Shown in pieces: positions 36,745 through 47,800 of a stretch of 64,000 bases of DNA. Source of the DNA: a virus; the IMG/VR virus record IMGVR_UViG_3300015371_000009, positions 23,983 through 87,982 of that record, one strand, 5' to 3'. Under the pieces are notes generated by a model, which did not search any database, was not told the origin of the DNA, and worked only from the letters and a program-made list of their open reading frames with translations. A program made the position numbers and the translations under genes. The stretch's first letter is position 1, and each line of letters begins with the position of its first letter.

Positions 36745-37043
36745 CTGATCAAACAACCGCTCCTAGCGAGCGGAAAAAGCAGCTCGACGCCCGGCGCAAG
36801 CTGATCGCCGATCGGATGCCGAAGGTTGAGCGCGTGCGTGTCACGCCCGCGACCGATGACATTCGCAGAGTGCTGACGCATCCCAGCAACGGCACAAAAT
36901 TCCCGGAAAGCGGCTCGGTCGAATGGCCGCTCGACAATTTCACGAAGCGCCGCCTGCGCGACGGCAGCGTGGTCCGTGAGCAAGCCCAACCGCAGCCAGC
37001 CCGCGAGCAACCGCGCAAGCCGGCACCGGCGCGCAGCGAGTAA
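36741..37043 (+). CDS. Mu gp38/DUF2635-like protein
   Basis: HP...P..G...F.KRRLRDGSV immediately before the sheath gene. Confidence 0.65.
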   Translation: MTDQTTAPSERKKQLDARRKLIADRMPKVERVRVTPATDDIRRVLTHPSNGTKFPESGSVEWPLDNFTKRRLRDGSVVREQAQPQPAREQPRKPAPARSE

Positions 37044-37076
37044 TTCCGAAACAATCCGAACAGCGGAGACACAATC

Positions 37077-38648
37077 ATGCCTATCTCGTTTTCTCAGATT
37101 CCCGCCAACATCAAGGTCCCGCTTTATTGGGTGGAAGTAGACCCATCGAAGGCGGGACTGCCAGTGATCAAGCTGCCGGCGCTACTGGTCGGCACCATGA
37201 TCGACGCTGGCGATGCCACGCCCGACGTGCCGATTGCGATCGGCAGTCAGGCGCAAGCCGATGCACATTTCGGCCAAGGCTCCGAACTGTCGCGCATGTT
37301 CAAAGCGTTTTTTGCCAACAACTTCGCAAATGAAGTGTGGGGCTTGGGCGTCGCCGAACCCGGCGCGGCTGTGGCTGGTTCCGGCACCATCACGATCACG
37401 ACGGCGCAGACCGAAGCCGGCACCGTGCATCTCTACATCGGCGGCGAGCACGTGCCGGTGAATGTCGGCGCAACCGACACTACCGACCAGGTTGCCACCG
37501 CCATTGCGGCAGCGATCAACAGCAACATGTCGCTGCCGGTGACGGCCGCGGCGACCACCAACGCGGTGACGCTGACCGCTGCGTGGAAGGGCGTCGGCGG
37601 TAACGAAATCCGCGTCGACCTCAACTACTACGGCAGCATCGGCGGCGAGCGCTTGCCGCCCGGCATGGTGATCACTCTCCCGGCCACCGGCTTCCTGACT
37701 GGCGGCACCGGCGTTCCGGTGTTCGACACCGCCATCAGCAACCTGGGCGAACACGAGTTCGAATACGTGGCAATGCCATTCACCGACTCGACCTCGCTGT
37801 TTGACTGGGAGCAGGAATACGGCTTCAGCGATACCGGCCGCTGGGGCTGGCAGCGCCAGCATTTTGGCCACGTGTTCTCGGCCAAGCGCGGGCTCTACAG
37901 CGACTTGCTCACGTTCGGTCAGACCCGCAACAGCGGCGTGATGTCGATCCTCGGGTTCGAGGTGGCAAGCCCGTCGCCAGCGTTCGAGTGGGCCGCGGCC
38001 TACACGGCGAAGGCACAACGGGCCTTGATCAATGATCCGGCGCGACCGCTGCAGACGCTGTCGCTCAATCAGATCAAGCTCGCACCGCTCGACCAGCGTT
38101 TCAATTTCATCGAATTGAATTCGCTGGCGCTCAGCGGCATCGCCATCCAAAAGGCCGGCTCGGACAATCAGCCGATGCTCGCTCGAGAGCAGACGACATA
38201 TCAGCTGAACTTGTACGGGCAGCCGGATGACGCCTACGAGCTGGTCACCACGCTGGCGACGCTGGCCAAGGTGCTGCGCAATCAGCGCCAAGCCATCACG
38301 TCGAAATTCCCGCGCCACAAACTGGCCAACGACGGCACGCGGTTCGGTCCCGGTCAGGCGATCGTCACGCCCGGCATCGCCAAGGCCGAACTGATCGCCC
38401 AGTACCGGATGGACGAATATAACGGCCTTGTCGAGGACACGCGCAACTTCAAAAAGAACTTGCTGGTCGAGCGTGATCCCAACGACCCGAACCGGCTGAA
38501 CGTGCTCTATCCGCCAGACCTGATCAACCAGCTCCGCATCTTCGCGGTGCTGGCGCAATTCCGTCTGCAGTACGACCGCGGCATCGACACCGAAATCGCG
38601 GCCGGTGCCAACCTCGGCGTGACCGGACGGTTGCCGCTCACGGCGTAA
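37077..38648 (+). CDS. Contractile tail sheath (Mu gpL-like)
   Basis: ISFSQIPANIKVPL, FGQGSELSRM, DPARPLQTL, KFPRHKLANDG and RLNVLYPPDLINQLRIFA. Confidence 0.95.
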   Translation: MPISFSQIPANIKVPLYWVEVDPSKAGLPVIKLPALLVGTMIDAGDATPDVPIAIGSQAQADAHFGQGSELSRMFKAFFANNFANEVWGLGVAEPGAAVAGSGTITITTAQTEAGTVHLYIGGEHVPVNVGATDTTDQVATAIAAAINSNMSLPVTAAATTNAVTLTAAWKGVGGNEIRVDLNYYGSIGGERLPPGMVITLPATGFLTGGTGVPVFDTAISNLGEHEFEYVAMPFTDSTSLFDWEQEYGFSDTGRWGWQRQHFGHVFSAKRGLYSDLLTFGQTRNSGVMSILGFEVASPSPAFEWAAAYTAKAQRALINDPARPLQTLSLNQIKLAPLDQRFNFIELNSLALSGIAIQKAGSDNQPMLAREQTTYQLNLYGQPDDAYELVTTLATLAKVLRNQRQAITSKFPRHKLANDGTRFGPGQAIVTPGIAKAELIAQYRMDEYNGLVEDTRNFKKNLLVERDPNDPNRLNVLYPPDLINQLRIFAVLAQFRLQYDRGIDTEIAAGANLGVTGRLPLTA

Positions 38649-38771
38649 ATGAAAAGCGGGACCGGCCGGGCAGAGCTGGTTTGGGTGACACGAATCTTTC
38701 GGCCCGACCGGTCCCTGTGGTGCCTCACGGCAGCACACTGAAATCCTAATCCCCAAAAACAGGAGAAGACA

Positions 38772-39137
38772 ATGGCTCAGCGGTTTGCTGGCATCGCATA
38801 CATCATGGTCGACGGCACTCAGTGGCCGCTCCGCGGCAACTTCACAGTGTCGCCAAGCGCGGTCGAGCGCACGATGATCGCAGGACAAGACGGCGTGCAC
38901 GGCTATCAGGAATTGCCGCGCGTCCCGTATATCGAGGGAGACATCTCCACGACACCGGAAGTCAGCCTTGAGGACCTCGAGGCGCAAACCGATGTCACGG
39001 TCGTGGCACAGCTCGCGAATGGCATGCAGTACACGCTGGCCGGCGCGACGTGCAAAGCCGCACTGGAAGCAAACACCCGCGACGGCCAAGCCCGCGTTCG
39101 CTGGGAGGGCATCTGGTGCGAAGAACTCGCGCTCTGA
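38772..39137 (+). CDS. Tail tube (Mu gpM-like)
   Basis: AGIAYIMVDG...GQDGVHGYQE.P..PYIEG...LANG..Y.L. Confidence 0.92.
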   Translation: MAQRFAGIAYIMVDGTQWPLRGNFTVSPSAVERTMIAGQDGVHGYQELPRVPYIEGDISTTPEVSLEDLEAQTDVTVVAQLANGMQYTLAGATCKAALEANTRDGQARVRWEGIWCEELAL

Positions 39138-39145
39138 GGTAGCCA

Positions 39146-39565
39146 ATGAACAAGCCGCAAAAACGAGAAGGCTTCATCACGGATGAGCCGCCAGAAAAGC
39201 CGCGGACAGTGCCGCAGCAAATCGACGCGCGCCCAATCGAGGAACCAGCCGCACCAGAGCCGCCGCAGGAGACTTGGCCGGTCAAGGTCAAGCTTCTGCA
39301 TCGGCCAATCAAAAACAATATCGGCGAGGAAGTGCGCGAGCTGATTTTCCGCGAGCCAACCGGCGGCGACATCAACCGCCATGGCAATCCAGTGCGGATC
39401 GATCAGTACGGCGAAGTGCTCATTGATGAGCGCAAGATGACGCTGATCATGGGGGCACTCAGCGGGATTCTGTCGCCGCTGCTCGAGCGGATGGACCCGC
39501 GCGATTGGAATTCCTGCGCTTATCGGTTGCGCAGTTTTTTTCTGCCCGATCCAGCGGCATGGTAG
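39146..39565 (+). CDS. Tail assembly chaperone (Mu gp41-like)
   Basis: ELIFREPTGGD...MDPRD; followed by a T7 slippery run. Confidence 0.85.
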   Translation: MNKPQKREGFITDEPPEKPRTVPQQIDARPIEEPAAPEPPQETWPVKVKLLHRPIKNNIGEEVRELIFREPTGGDINRHGNPVRIDQYGEVLIDERKMTLIMGALSGILSPLLERMDPRDWNSCAYRLRSFFLPDPAAW

Positions 39566-39735
39566 GCGACGAAAGCAATATCATTCTCGACTGCTACCGA
39601 CTGGCGCGCTGGTATCACCAATCCCCCGAAGTGTTCCTGGCCATGCCGCTGGGCGAGGTGCGCATTCACCTGGAGCGCACGATCGAGTTGGCGCGTCTGA
39701 TGGATCGGGAAACGAGTAGCAGCGACGATGGCTGA
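39535..39735 (+). CDS. -1 frameshift extension of the tail assembly chaperone (gpE'/gpT-like)
   Basis: T TTT TTT at 39535-39541 with the -1 frame open to 39735 (SPEVFLAMPL.E). Confidence 0.65.
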   Translation, partial: FFSARSSGMVGDESNIILDCYRLARWYHQSPEVFLAMPLGEVRIHLERTIELARLMDRETSSSDDG

Positions 39736-42439
39736 GTTCGAAGAACTTAAACTTGTCGTTAGCCTGTCCGACAACGCAACGGCCGGGCTGAAAGCACTGA
39801 ACGCAGAGCTGGAGCGGCTCGGCGGCATTTCGCAGAAAAACACCACGCAGCTGGCGCAAGCGACGCGTGGCGTATCGCAAATGGGCGCTGCCTCGCGCAC
39901 GGCAGCGCGCGAAATGAGGGAGTTGGAGCAACGGTTCGAAGGCCTTGGCAAGGGCATCGGCCAACTGGTCCTGCAGACCGGTTTGTTCACGTCAACGCCA
40001 GTGGCCAGCGCGCTGGGCGGCATGGCGATGTCGTTCGGCGGCGTCACTACCGGTGTGCTGGCACTCGGCGCGGCCTTTATCGGCATTGATGTTGCGCTGG
40101 CGGCGTTCAGCCGTCGGATGATTGACCTGGGCGACAAGTCGCGCGGCGCGGCGCTGTTGCCCGATCAATTCAAAAACCTCGCATCACAGCTGGAGCACGT
40201 CGGCTATACGGCGGAGCAGGCCGAACAGGAAGTCGGCAACTTCATGCGGACGATGGCGGAGGTTTCCCGCCCCGGCACGCCCGAATTCCGCAGGATGTTC
40301 CAGCAGTCGGGTGGCAGCGCCATCCCGGTCATCAATGCGATACAGCAGGAAATCCGCAGCGGCCAAGCCGGCCGCGCCATCACCACAGCGGTCCGCGAAG
40401 CGCAGGCGATTTTCGCTCGCGAGATGCAACGACCCGGCGGCGATCGCGGCGAGGCCACGCGGCAAGCTGAAGCGTTCTTGTCGAATGTCGGGCTGTCGTT
40501 GCGAGCGCTTGATGTCGGCGATGTGTTCGATCGGATCGCTGGCGATCCGGTGAAGTGGCAGCGACGCATCGATGCCTCGAAAGAATTCAACAAGGAGTGG
40601 GTCAAGCTCAAGGACACCGGCGAGGAGATATTGGCGTCGCTGCAGGAGGAGCTGCTGCCGGTCTTCAAAGACATCAACAGCGAAATTGCCAAGATCGGCG
40701 ACGGCTGGGTCAAGGGTTTCGGCGCCGTCATCAAGACCACGATTGAAGAGTTGAAGTGGCTTTGGAGTCTGCTGGAGCGAATCGACAAATGGCTGGGCGG
40801 TAAGCGGCCGGATGTCGCGCTCGCGAATTACTTGCTCGGCAATGAGGGGGGCAATCTCGGACCGGCGGCGGCCGCCGCTTACGAAAGTGGCTCACAGCCC
40901 GGCGGCACACCTTACGCGCCGACGGCAGCGCCAAAGGGCTGGAGCGGTGGCGCTCCGGCTGGTGCACCACCCGGCACTGCGGCCGGCGCACCACCGGGCA
41001 CCGCGGCCGAGGCGCCCGCTGGTACGGCCACGCCGCAAGGTTGGGGCGGCGGTGCTGGCACCGCAACACCGCAAGGCTGGGGCGGCGGCGCAACGCCTGG
41101 GTCGTACACCCCCGGCGGCGGCGCAACGCCTGGGTCGTACACCCCCGGCGGCGGCGCAACGCCGATGTCGTACGCCCCTGGTGGTGGCGGCGGCGGTGGT
41201 GGTGGCGGCGGCGCACCGACTGGCGAGGGCGCGCCGGCTGCAGCTCCTGGTGCGGCGCCTCCTGGCGTTGGTGCGCCGCCGCGCGCCGATCAGACTGGCG
41301 GCGAGCTTGGGCCGCAGGCCGCGCTGGCGCTGGCACGGACGCATCTCGGCGAGCACGAAATCCGCGACCAGGGCAAGCTGCAGGAATTTTTCGACAGGAA
41401 TAACGTCAAGGTCAATCCGAAGACCACTGCGTGGTGCGCGGGCTTCGTCAACGCCAATCTGGCGGCGGCCGGCGTCAAAGGCACCGGCTCGCTGGCGGCC
41501 GGCTCATTCACCAGCTGGGGGCGTGGCGTCAAGGGCGACGAAGCGGTGCAAGCCGGCGATGTCGGTGTCGTGCGCGGTACATCGCCTCGCACCGGTGTAG
41601 AGGGTCGGCACGTCGGCATGCTCACCGGCCGGGTCGATCCGAAGACCGGCCGTGTGGAGATGATTGCCGGCAACGAAAAGGATCAAGTCGCGACCACGTG
41701 GCGCGATCCGAGTACGCTGCACATTCGGCGCGCCACCGAGAAGGAATTTTTGCCGGGCAGTAGCGTTCCTGGTGTGGCTGGCGGTAGCGTTCCTGGTGTG
41801 GCCGGCGCTGGTCCGAAGTCGGCGGCAAGCCTTGCCGAGGCCCGCGCCCAGTATGCCGAGGAGCTGAAGGACCCGGCGGTGCGCGACCGCCTGATGGCCT
41901 ACACCAAGGCCGAGGTCGGCAACCAAGGTCCGGAAGCGCAACAAGCGTTTATGGAAACCACGTTGAACCGCGCGGCGTCGCGCGGCATGAGCATCAAGCA
42001 GACGCTATCAGGCGGTTATTTCCCGGCGGTCACCCACGCCCGCGCCGCTGCTGGCCTGGATGACGCGACCCGCACCCAATACGGACCGATGGTCGACCAA
42101 GTGATGGGCGGGTCGAACATCTCTGGTTATGCGACCGGCAACGCGTCGGGCTCGGTCGGTTTCGGCGGCGGACCGCAGACGTTCAAGGCCGGCGGTGAGC
42201 GCTTCGGCATCGAGCAGGCCGATCGTTCTTACATGGACGCGATGATGAAAAGAGAAATCAACGCGCGGGTCGAGGGCACCGGCAAAATCCAGGTCGACGT
42301 CAACGCGCCGCCGGGCACGCGTGTCGACGCCCAGGGTGGCGGCTTGTTCAAGGAAGTCGAAATGAACCGGCAGATGCAAATGGCGCCGGCCGCGTCCGGT
42401 CCGCCGACCGACATCAGCGGCGATGGATTGAATCTCTGA
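39728..42439 (+). CDS. Tape measure protein with C-terminal peptidoglycan hydrolase-like domains
   Basis: Helical N-terminus, G/P/A linker, TTAWCAGFVN...HVG (CHAP/NlpC-like) and AEVG...ETTLNR (lytic transglycosylase-like). Confidence 0.85.
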   Translation: MAEFEELKLVVSLSDNATAGLKALNAELERLGGISQKNTTQLAQATRGVSQMGAASRTAAREMRELEQRFEGLGKGIGQLVLQTGLFTSTPVASALGGMAMSFGGVTTGVLALGAAFIGIDVALAAFSRRMIDLGDKSRGAALLPDQFKNLASQLEHVGYTAEQAEQEVGNFMRTMAEVSRPGTPEFRRMFQQSGGSAIPVINAIQQEIRSGQAGRAITTAVREAQAIFAREMQRPGGDRGEATRQAEAFLSNVGLSLRALDVGDVFDRIAGDPVKWQRRIDASKEFNKEWVKLKDTGEEILASLQEELLPVFKDINSEIAKIGDGWVKGFGAVIKTTIEELKWLWSLLERIDKWLGGKRPDVALANYLLGNEGGNLGPAAAAAYESGSQPGGTPYAPTAAPKGWSGGAPAGAPPGTAAGAPPGTAAEAPAGTATPQGWGGGAGTATPQGWGGGATPGSYTPGGGATPGSYTPGGGATPMSYAPGGGGGGGGGGGAPTGEGAPAAAPGAAPPGVGAPPRADQTGGELGPQAALALARTHLGEHEIRDQGKLQEFFDRNNVKVNPKTTAWCAGFVNANLAAAGVKGTGSLAAGSFTSWGRGVKGDEAVQAGDVGVVRGTSPRTGVEGRHVGMLTGRVDPKTGRVEMIAGNEKDQVATTWRDPSTLHIRRATEKEFLPGSSVPGVAGGSVPGVAGAGPKSAASLAEARAQYAEELKDPAVRDRLMAYTKAEVGNQGPEAQQAFMETTLNRAASRGMSIKQTLSGGYFPAVTHARAAAGLDDATRTQYGPMVDQVMGGSNISGYATGNASGSVGFGGGPQTFKAGGERFGIEQADRSYMDAMMKREINARVEGTGKIQVDVNAPPGTRVDAQGGGLFKEVEMNRQMQMAPAASGPPTDISGDGLNL
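41079..41185 (+). repeat. 33-bp tandem repeat in the tape-measure linker
   Basis: GGGATPGSYTP x2 plus a GGGATPMSYAP variant. Confidence 0.8.
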
Positions 42440-42440
42440 C

Positions 42441-43076
42441 ATGAGCAAGATCAGCGACCTTGCGTACAAGTACGACGCCGAAGGCAACAAGCTGGTTGCC
42501 AATCAATGGCGCCATGATCTGATGCCGGCGTCGTTTCGCAACGCCTATTTTCACGTTCAGGTCGGCGCCAAGGAGAACGGCCGCCGGATTGTGCTGCACG
42601 AATTCCCCAAGCGTGAGGAGCCTTATAGCGAAGACATGGGCCGCATTGCGTTTGCGTTCACCGTGCGCGGCTATTGCGTCTGCTATCCGTTCGACGCCAA
42701 CGAATTGTTCAACACCGATTACCGCATCTCTCGCGATCTGCTGCTTGCCGAATTGGAGCGCGAAGGCTCCGGCGTGCTGCAGCTGCCGACCTTGCCGCCG
42801 ATGGATGTCGTTTGCCGCGGCTATCGGCTGACCGAAGAGGATCGGCTGGGCGGCTACTGCGCATTCGACATGCAATTTGTCGAGCAAGGCAAGTCGCCGT
42901 TCGCGCCGGAGCGCAGCACCGAACAGACCGTCGAGGACGTTGCGCAATCGCTTGAGGATCGCGCCGTCGATGTCATGAGCGGCATCTACGAGAACATCCC
43001 AGGCTTTGCCGGCGCCAGTCCGGACGCGCCGATTGGCTCGGTCGAAATCAACGAAGCCGAAGTCGAAATCAATTAA
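42441..43076 (+). CDS. Mu gpN-like DNA circularisation protein, N-terminal part
   Basis: PASFR...F.V...GRR...HEFP.R...EDMGR...FVE.G. Confidence 0.88.
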   Translation: MSKISDLAYKYDAEGNKLVANQWRHDLMPASFRNAYFHVQVGAKENGRRIVLHEFPKREEPYSEDMGRIAFAFTVRGYCVCYPFDANELFNTDYRISRDLLLAELEREGSGVLQLPTLPPMDVVCRGYRLTEEDRLGGYCAFDMQFVEQGKSPFAPERSTEQTVEDVAQSLEDRAVDVMSGIYENIPGFAGASPDAPIGSVEINEAEVEIN

Positions 43077-43082
43077 GCCCCA

Positions 43083-43751
43083 ATGGAACGCAAGCACGCC
43101 ATCGAAGCGGCGCCGATCATGATCCGCGCGCTGCGCATGCTGTTGTCGGCGGCACCGACCCGCGGCCGGCCGGGCTCCGATTTGCGCACGGCATGCAATG
43201 ACCTGATCGTGCGCGCGGAAGAGATGTTGCAGAAGGACGTCGCCGGTCCGCCACTTGCGGCGTGCTTCAATTTGGCGCGCGACTGCAACACCAGCTATCC
43301 GCAGATTGCGGTGGTGCGCAACAACACCGAGGCCGAAACGCCGAATCTGGTCGGCGCCAAGATGGTCAAGGACGCGATCATCCAGCTGTGCCTAGCGTGC
43401 GAGAGCCGCATTGTCGCTGATTTGGATTTCAGCAGTCGCGACCAGGTCGACAGCATCAAGCTTGAGATGGCCGCCGGCTTCGATGGCGCCGAGGAACAAG
43501 CCGCCAACGAGATGGACCAGGAAACCTACCGCGCCCTAGTCAAGATGCACGGCGCGATCATCGACCATCTGACCGACACCGCGCGGCCATTGCCACGCAT
43601 GCTGCGCTTTCGGTTTGGCAAGCCGGCGCCGACGCTCACCATGGCACAACGGCTGTACTACGACGCCAGCCGCGCCGACGAACTGCGCGCCGAGAATAGC
43701 GTCGTGCATCCGGCCTTCATGCGGCCGACCGGGAGGGCGCTAAGTGCCTAA
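43083..43751 (+). CDS. Mu gpN-like C-terminal part
   Basis: P.L.MAQRLYYDASRADELRAENSVVHPAFM. Confidence 0.8.
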   Translation: MERKHAIEAAPIMIRALRMLLSAAPTRGRPGSDLRTACNDLIVRAEEMLQKDVAGPPLAACFNLARDCNTSYPQIAVVRNNTEAETPNLVGAKMVKDAIIQLCLACESRIVADLDFSSRDQVDSIKLEMAAGFDGAEEQAANEMDQETYRALVKMHGAIIDHLTDTARPLPRMLRFRFGKPAPTLTMAQRLYYDASRADELRAENSVVHPAFMRPTGRALSA

Positions 43752-44886
43752 CCCGCGTGAGGTGGCAACGCTGATCGTCGGCGGCTTTGAATTCAGGGAT
43801 TGGGAAACAGTGTGGGTGCAACACCGCGCAACCGAATCCCATCCGCTGTTTCGTTTCACGTGCGCAGAGCGTGAGCCGTTCGCCAATCGCTGGCAGGCGC
43901 TGCGGTTTCGGCCCGGCGATAAATGCACGATCCTGCTTGGCGGCCAGCTGGCGGTCACCGGCTACATCACCACGCGGCAAGTTGCCTACGATGCCAGGAA
44001 CCACGGCGTGCAGCTCGACGGCCGCGGCAACACTTACTGGGCCGCGAAATCGAGTGTGGAAAGCAAGACGCATAGCTTCGACAAGATGCCGTTTACGGCC
44101 ATCGCCGAAAGCGTGCTGAAGCCTTACGGCTGCGAAGTCCGAACCATCGGCAGTCCTGACAACACGCCCTATGTTCGATGCCAAGCCAATCCGGGAGAAA
44201 CCACTTGGGATTTCCTCGAGCGCATCGCGCGCCCGCGCGGCATCGTGCTGGGCAGCGATCATCTCGGCAACTTTCTGGTCATCGGTGATCGTACGGCGCC
44301 GATCGTCGATCAACTGGTCGAAGGCCAGAACATTCTGAAATGCCAGTGCATCATCACCAATGACCCGATGTTCCAAAAGTATTCGTCGACGTCGCAGACC
44401 GCTGGCGGCTCCTCCGACGGCGGCGGCGAGAAAATGTTTACCGACGCCAGCGAGCAATTCCAGACCGCACCCGAAGGCGGCACCGCACCGGTCTACAGCC
44501 ATCTGATCGTGCCGTCAGAACAGCCGGTGTGGAACGCGGCAGAGCTGATGAAGCGCGCTCAGCACGAGCGGCTGTGGCATGAGGGCTGGGAGGTCACCGC
44601 CCATATCACCGTGCAGGGTTGGCTGCGCAGCGACGGCGCGCTGTGGCAAACCCGCGACGTGGTCGAGGTCTATTCGCCGATGGCGCTGCTGAACTATCCG
44701 CTGGCGATCGAGGAAGCCACGTTTACCCAGGATCGCAACTCCGGCACGCTGACCACGCTGAAGCTGGTGCGGCCTGATCTGCTGAAGGTCACGCAGAAAT
44801 ACACCGCCACCAATGTCCCGCTGCCGGGCCGACCACGCGGCGCGGACGCAGAGCAGCCACCGATCAGACCGAAGACAGAGCACTAA
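43744..44886 (+). CDS. Baseplate hub (Mu gpP/gp44-like)
   Basis: GET.WDFLERIARPRG...LVEGQNI...TVQGW...G.LW. Confidence 0.88.
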   Translation: MPNPREVATLIVGGFEFRDWETVWVQHRATESHPLFRFTCAEREPFANRWQALRFRPGDKCTILLGGQLAVTGYITTRQVAYDARNHGVQLDGRGNTYWAAKSSVESKTHSFDKMPFTAIAESVLKPYGCEVRTIGSPDNTPYVRCQANPGETTWDFLERIARPRGIVLGSDHLGNFLVIGDRTAPIVDQLVEGQNILKCQCIITNDPMFQKYSSTSQTAGGSSDGGGEKMFTDASEQFQTAPEGGTAPVYSHLIVPSEQPVWNAAELMKRAQHERLWHEGWEVTAHITVQGWLRSDGALWQTRDVVEVYSPMALLNYPLAIEEATFTQDRNSGTLTTLKLVRPDLLKVTQKYTATNVPLPGRPRGADAEQPPIRPKTEH

Positions 44887-44888
44887 AG

Positions 44889-47800
44889 ATGCACCGCGCC
44901 ACTCCGCTCAACAGTTCGTTCCGCGCCTACTCGGCCGGCGGCAGCCGTTCCGTCGTGCACGAAGTCGACGACAGCAAGTTGATGCAGGAGAGCAAATCAA
45001 ACTTCATGGCCAACGAGACTCGCGAGAAGATCGAGTCGCCGCAGAATTACGGTTTCACGTCGGTGACCGCCGACGGCGAGAAGGGCCAGGACGGCAAGCT
45101 CAGCAAGGGGCCCGAAGCCTTCATGAGCTTCATAGGGGGCAATCGCTCGCACCCGATTGCCTCGATCATGGATGATCGCCGGCACCGGTTGTTCAATCTG
45201 ATCAAGGACGCTGCCAAAGGCTCGACCGCGATGTTCGGCCTCAAGGAGTGGGGCCAGCAGCTGCTCAACACCGACCTTGGCTGGTTTTTGACCGGCAACA
45301 TTGAAAAGAAAATTCGTTTGCAGCTGGTCAAAAATCAGAACGGCCAGCAGCAGACCCAGCAGGGCGGCCAGCCCAAATTGGCCCGCACGTTCCGCTCACC
45401 GCATTCCGGCGTCGAATTCGAAATTGAGACATTCGAAATTGCGGAGGAGCTTGCAACGCCAAAGGCAACCAACGGCGGCGGCACTGGCACAAGCAACGGC
45501 AGCGGCCAGCAAGGCACCAGCAAGCCGACCGGCCAGAAGACCCTGCACAAGGAAGAAAGCAAAGTTTACGTCGAACTCACCAAGAGCGCGACCACCATCA
45601 AAACGGATGGGCAGACGCAGTTTCAAGCCGCCAAGCATGCTCGGATTGGGCCGACCTACCGTGATGGCGATACCTACACTAAAGGTATTGAGCATGCGAT
45701 TGATCATGTCGCTGGCGGTAGTGCCAGCGTAACGCCGACTGGTGACTGGAGTGCAAGCGGGACACCCGGCAATGTTTCCTTGCTCGATGTTGGTCAGCGG
45801 GTTGCTGCCCTTGAGGCTGGTGGCGGGGGCGGAGGCGGTGGCGGCACGGTGACCGGCGCGACCCCGCCACTGGCGATCAGTGGCGACGGCACCAGCATGT
45901 CGCTCGCCATGGTGGCGCCGCTCTACGTCAACGGCAGCAACCAGCAGGCGGTGGCGATCGACGGATCGAGCATCGTCATCAACGGCAGCAATCAGCTCGC
46001 CGCGACGCCGCCGTGGACCAGCATCAGCGGCAAGCCGTCGACGTTCCCGCCGTCGCCGCACACCCATCCGTCGACCGACATCACCGACTTTGCTGAGGCG
46101 GTGGATGACCGGGTCGGCGGATTGATCGTCGGCGGCACCAACATCGCGCTGTCGTACAACGACGCGGCCAACACGCTGACCATCAACTCGACTGCGATCG
46201 GCCTGACTGACGGCGACAAGGGCGACATCATCGTTTCGAGCGGTGGGGCGACATGGCTGTTCGATCCCGCCGTGGTCACCAGCGCCGGCCGCGCGCTGAT
46301 CGATGACGCTGACGCGACTACCCAGCGCACGACGCTCGGGCTCGGCAACGTCGACAACACCAGCGACCTGAACAAGCCGGTTTCGACGGCAACCCAAACC
46401 GCGCTCAACACCAAGGAGGACAAGACCAACAAGGGCATCGCCAACGGCTACGCGTCGCTTGACTCCGGCGCCAAGGTGCCGGCCGCACAGCTGCCAAGCT
46501 ATGTCGACGATGTGCAGGAGTTCGCCAACCTCGCCGCGTTCCCGGCGACCGGTTCGACCGGCATCATCTATGTCGCGTTGGACACCGGCAAAATCTATCG
46601 CTGGTCGGGCTCGGCCTATGTCGAAATTTCACCGTCACCTGGTTCAACCGACTCGGTGCCGGAGGGCTCGACCAATCTCTACTTCACCAACGAGCGCGTG
46701 GACGATCGGGTCGCGGTGCTGGTCCAGAACGGCACCGGCATCACCTGGACCTACAACGACGCATCGAACACGTTCACGCCGACGGTCACGCTCGCGCCGT
46801 TCTCCACTACGAACTTGGCCGAGGGCGCAAACCTTTACTACACCGACGCGCGGGTGGCGGCGGCTCCGGGCGTAGTCAACAAGCAACCGCTCGACAGCAC
46901 GCTGACAGCGCTCGCTGGGCTCGACGCCACGACGGGACTGGTCGAGGAAACCGGCGCCGACACCTTCGCCAAGCGCGCGATCGGGGTTGCGGCCGGCACC
47001 AGCATCCCGACGCGCGCGGACGCGGACGCGCGCTACGCGGCCACGGTCCACACCCATGTCGCCGCCAACATCACGGATTTTTCCGAGGCCGTGGACGATC
47101 GCGTCGGCTCGTTCCTGGTCGCCGGCAGCAACGTCACGCTGACCTATGACGACGCCGCAAATACGCTGACGATCAGCTCGACGGCGAGCGGTGGTGGTGC
47201 CGCCACCGCGATCGCCGATACGCCGCCCGGTAGCCCTACGGCGGGGCAGCTGTGGTGGGAGTCGGACAGCGGCGTTCTGTGGATTTACTATACCGACGCC
47301 AATTCATCGCAGTGGGTCCAGGTCGCCGGCAACAGCGTTACAAAAACCTATGTGGACGCCCAGGACGCGCTGAAGCTCAACCTGACCGGCGGGACGCTGA
47401 CCGGAAAATTGAATCTGCCGGCAAGCACAACGAGTGCCGCGCCGCTCAATTTGGGGCAAGGCAACGCGCCGACCACTCCGGTCAACGGTGATCTGATTTC
47501 GACCACCGGCGGCAAATTGATTCATCGCACCAACAATGTGACGTACAACATCGCGTTCGAAAGCTATGTCGATGCCGGCGATGCCAACTTGGCCAACAGC
47601 AGGGTCGCCAAGGCCGGTGACACGATGACCGGCAATCTGCAAATCAGCAACACGCAACCGACGCTGACGCTCAACAAAGCAGCGAGCGGGCAATACAATC
47701 TGATCGCCGGTCTTACCAACGGCACTTATCGTTGGCGGATTGATCTTGGCGACGGCAACGCCGAGAGCGGCAGCAATGCCGGGTCGCATTTCGCGATCAA

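Noticed and set aside
37182-39146. 654-aa minus-strand ORF
   Set aside because: Antisense to the sheath and tube genes; no motifs.
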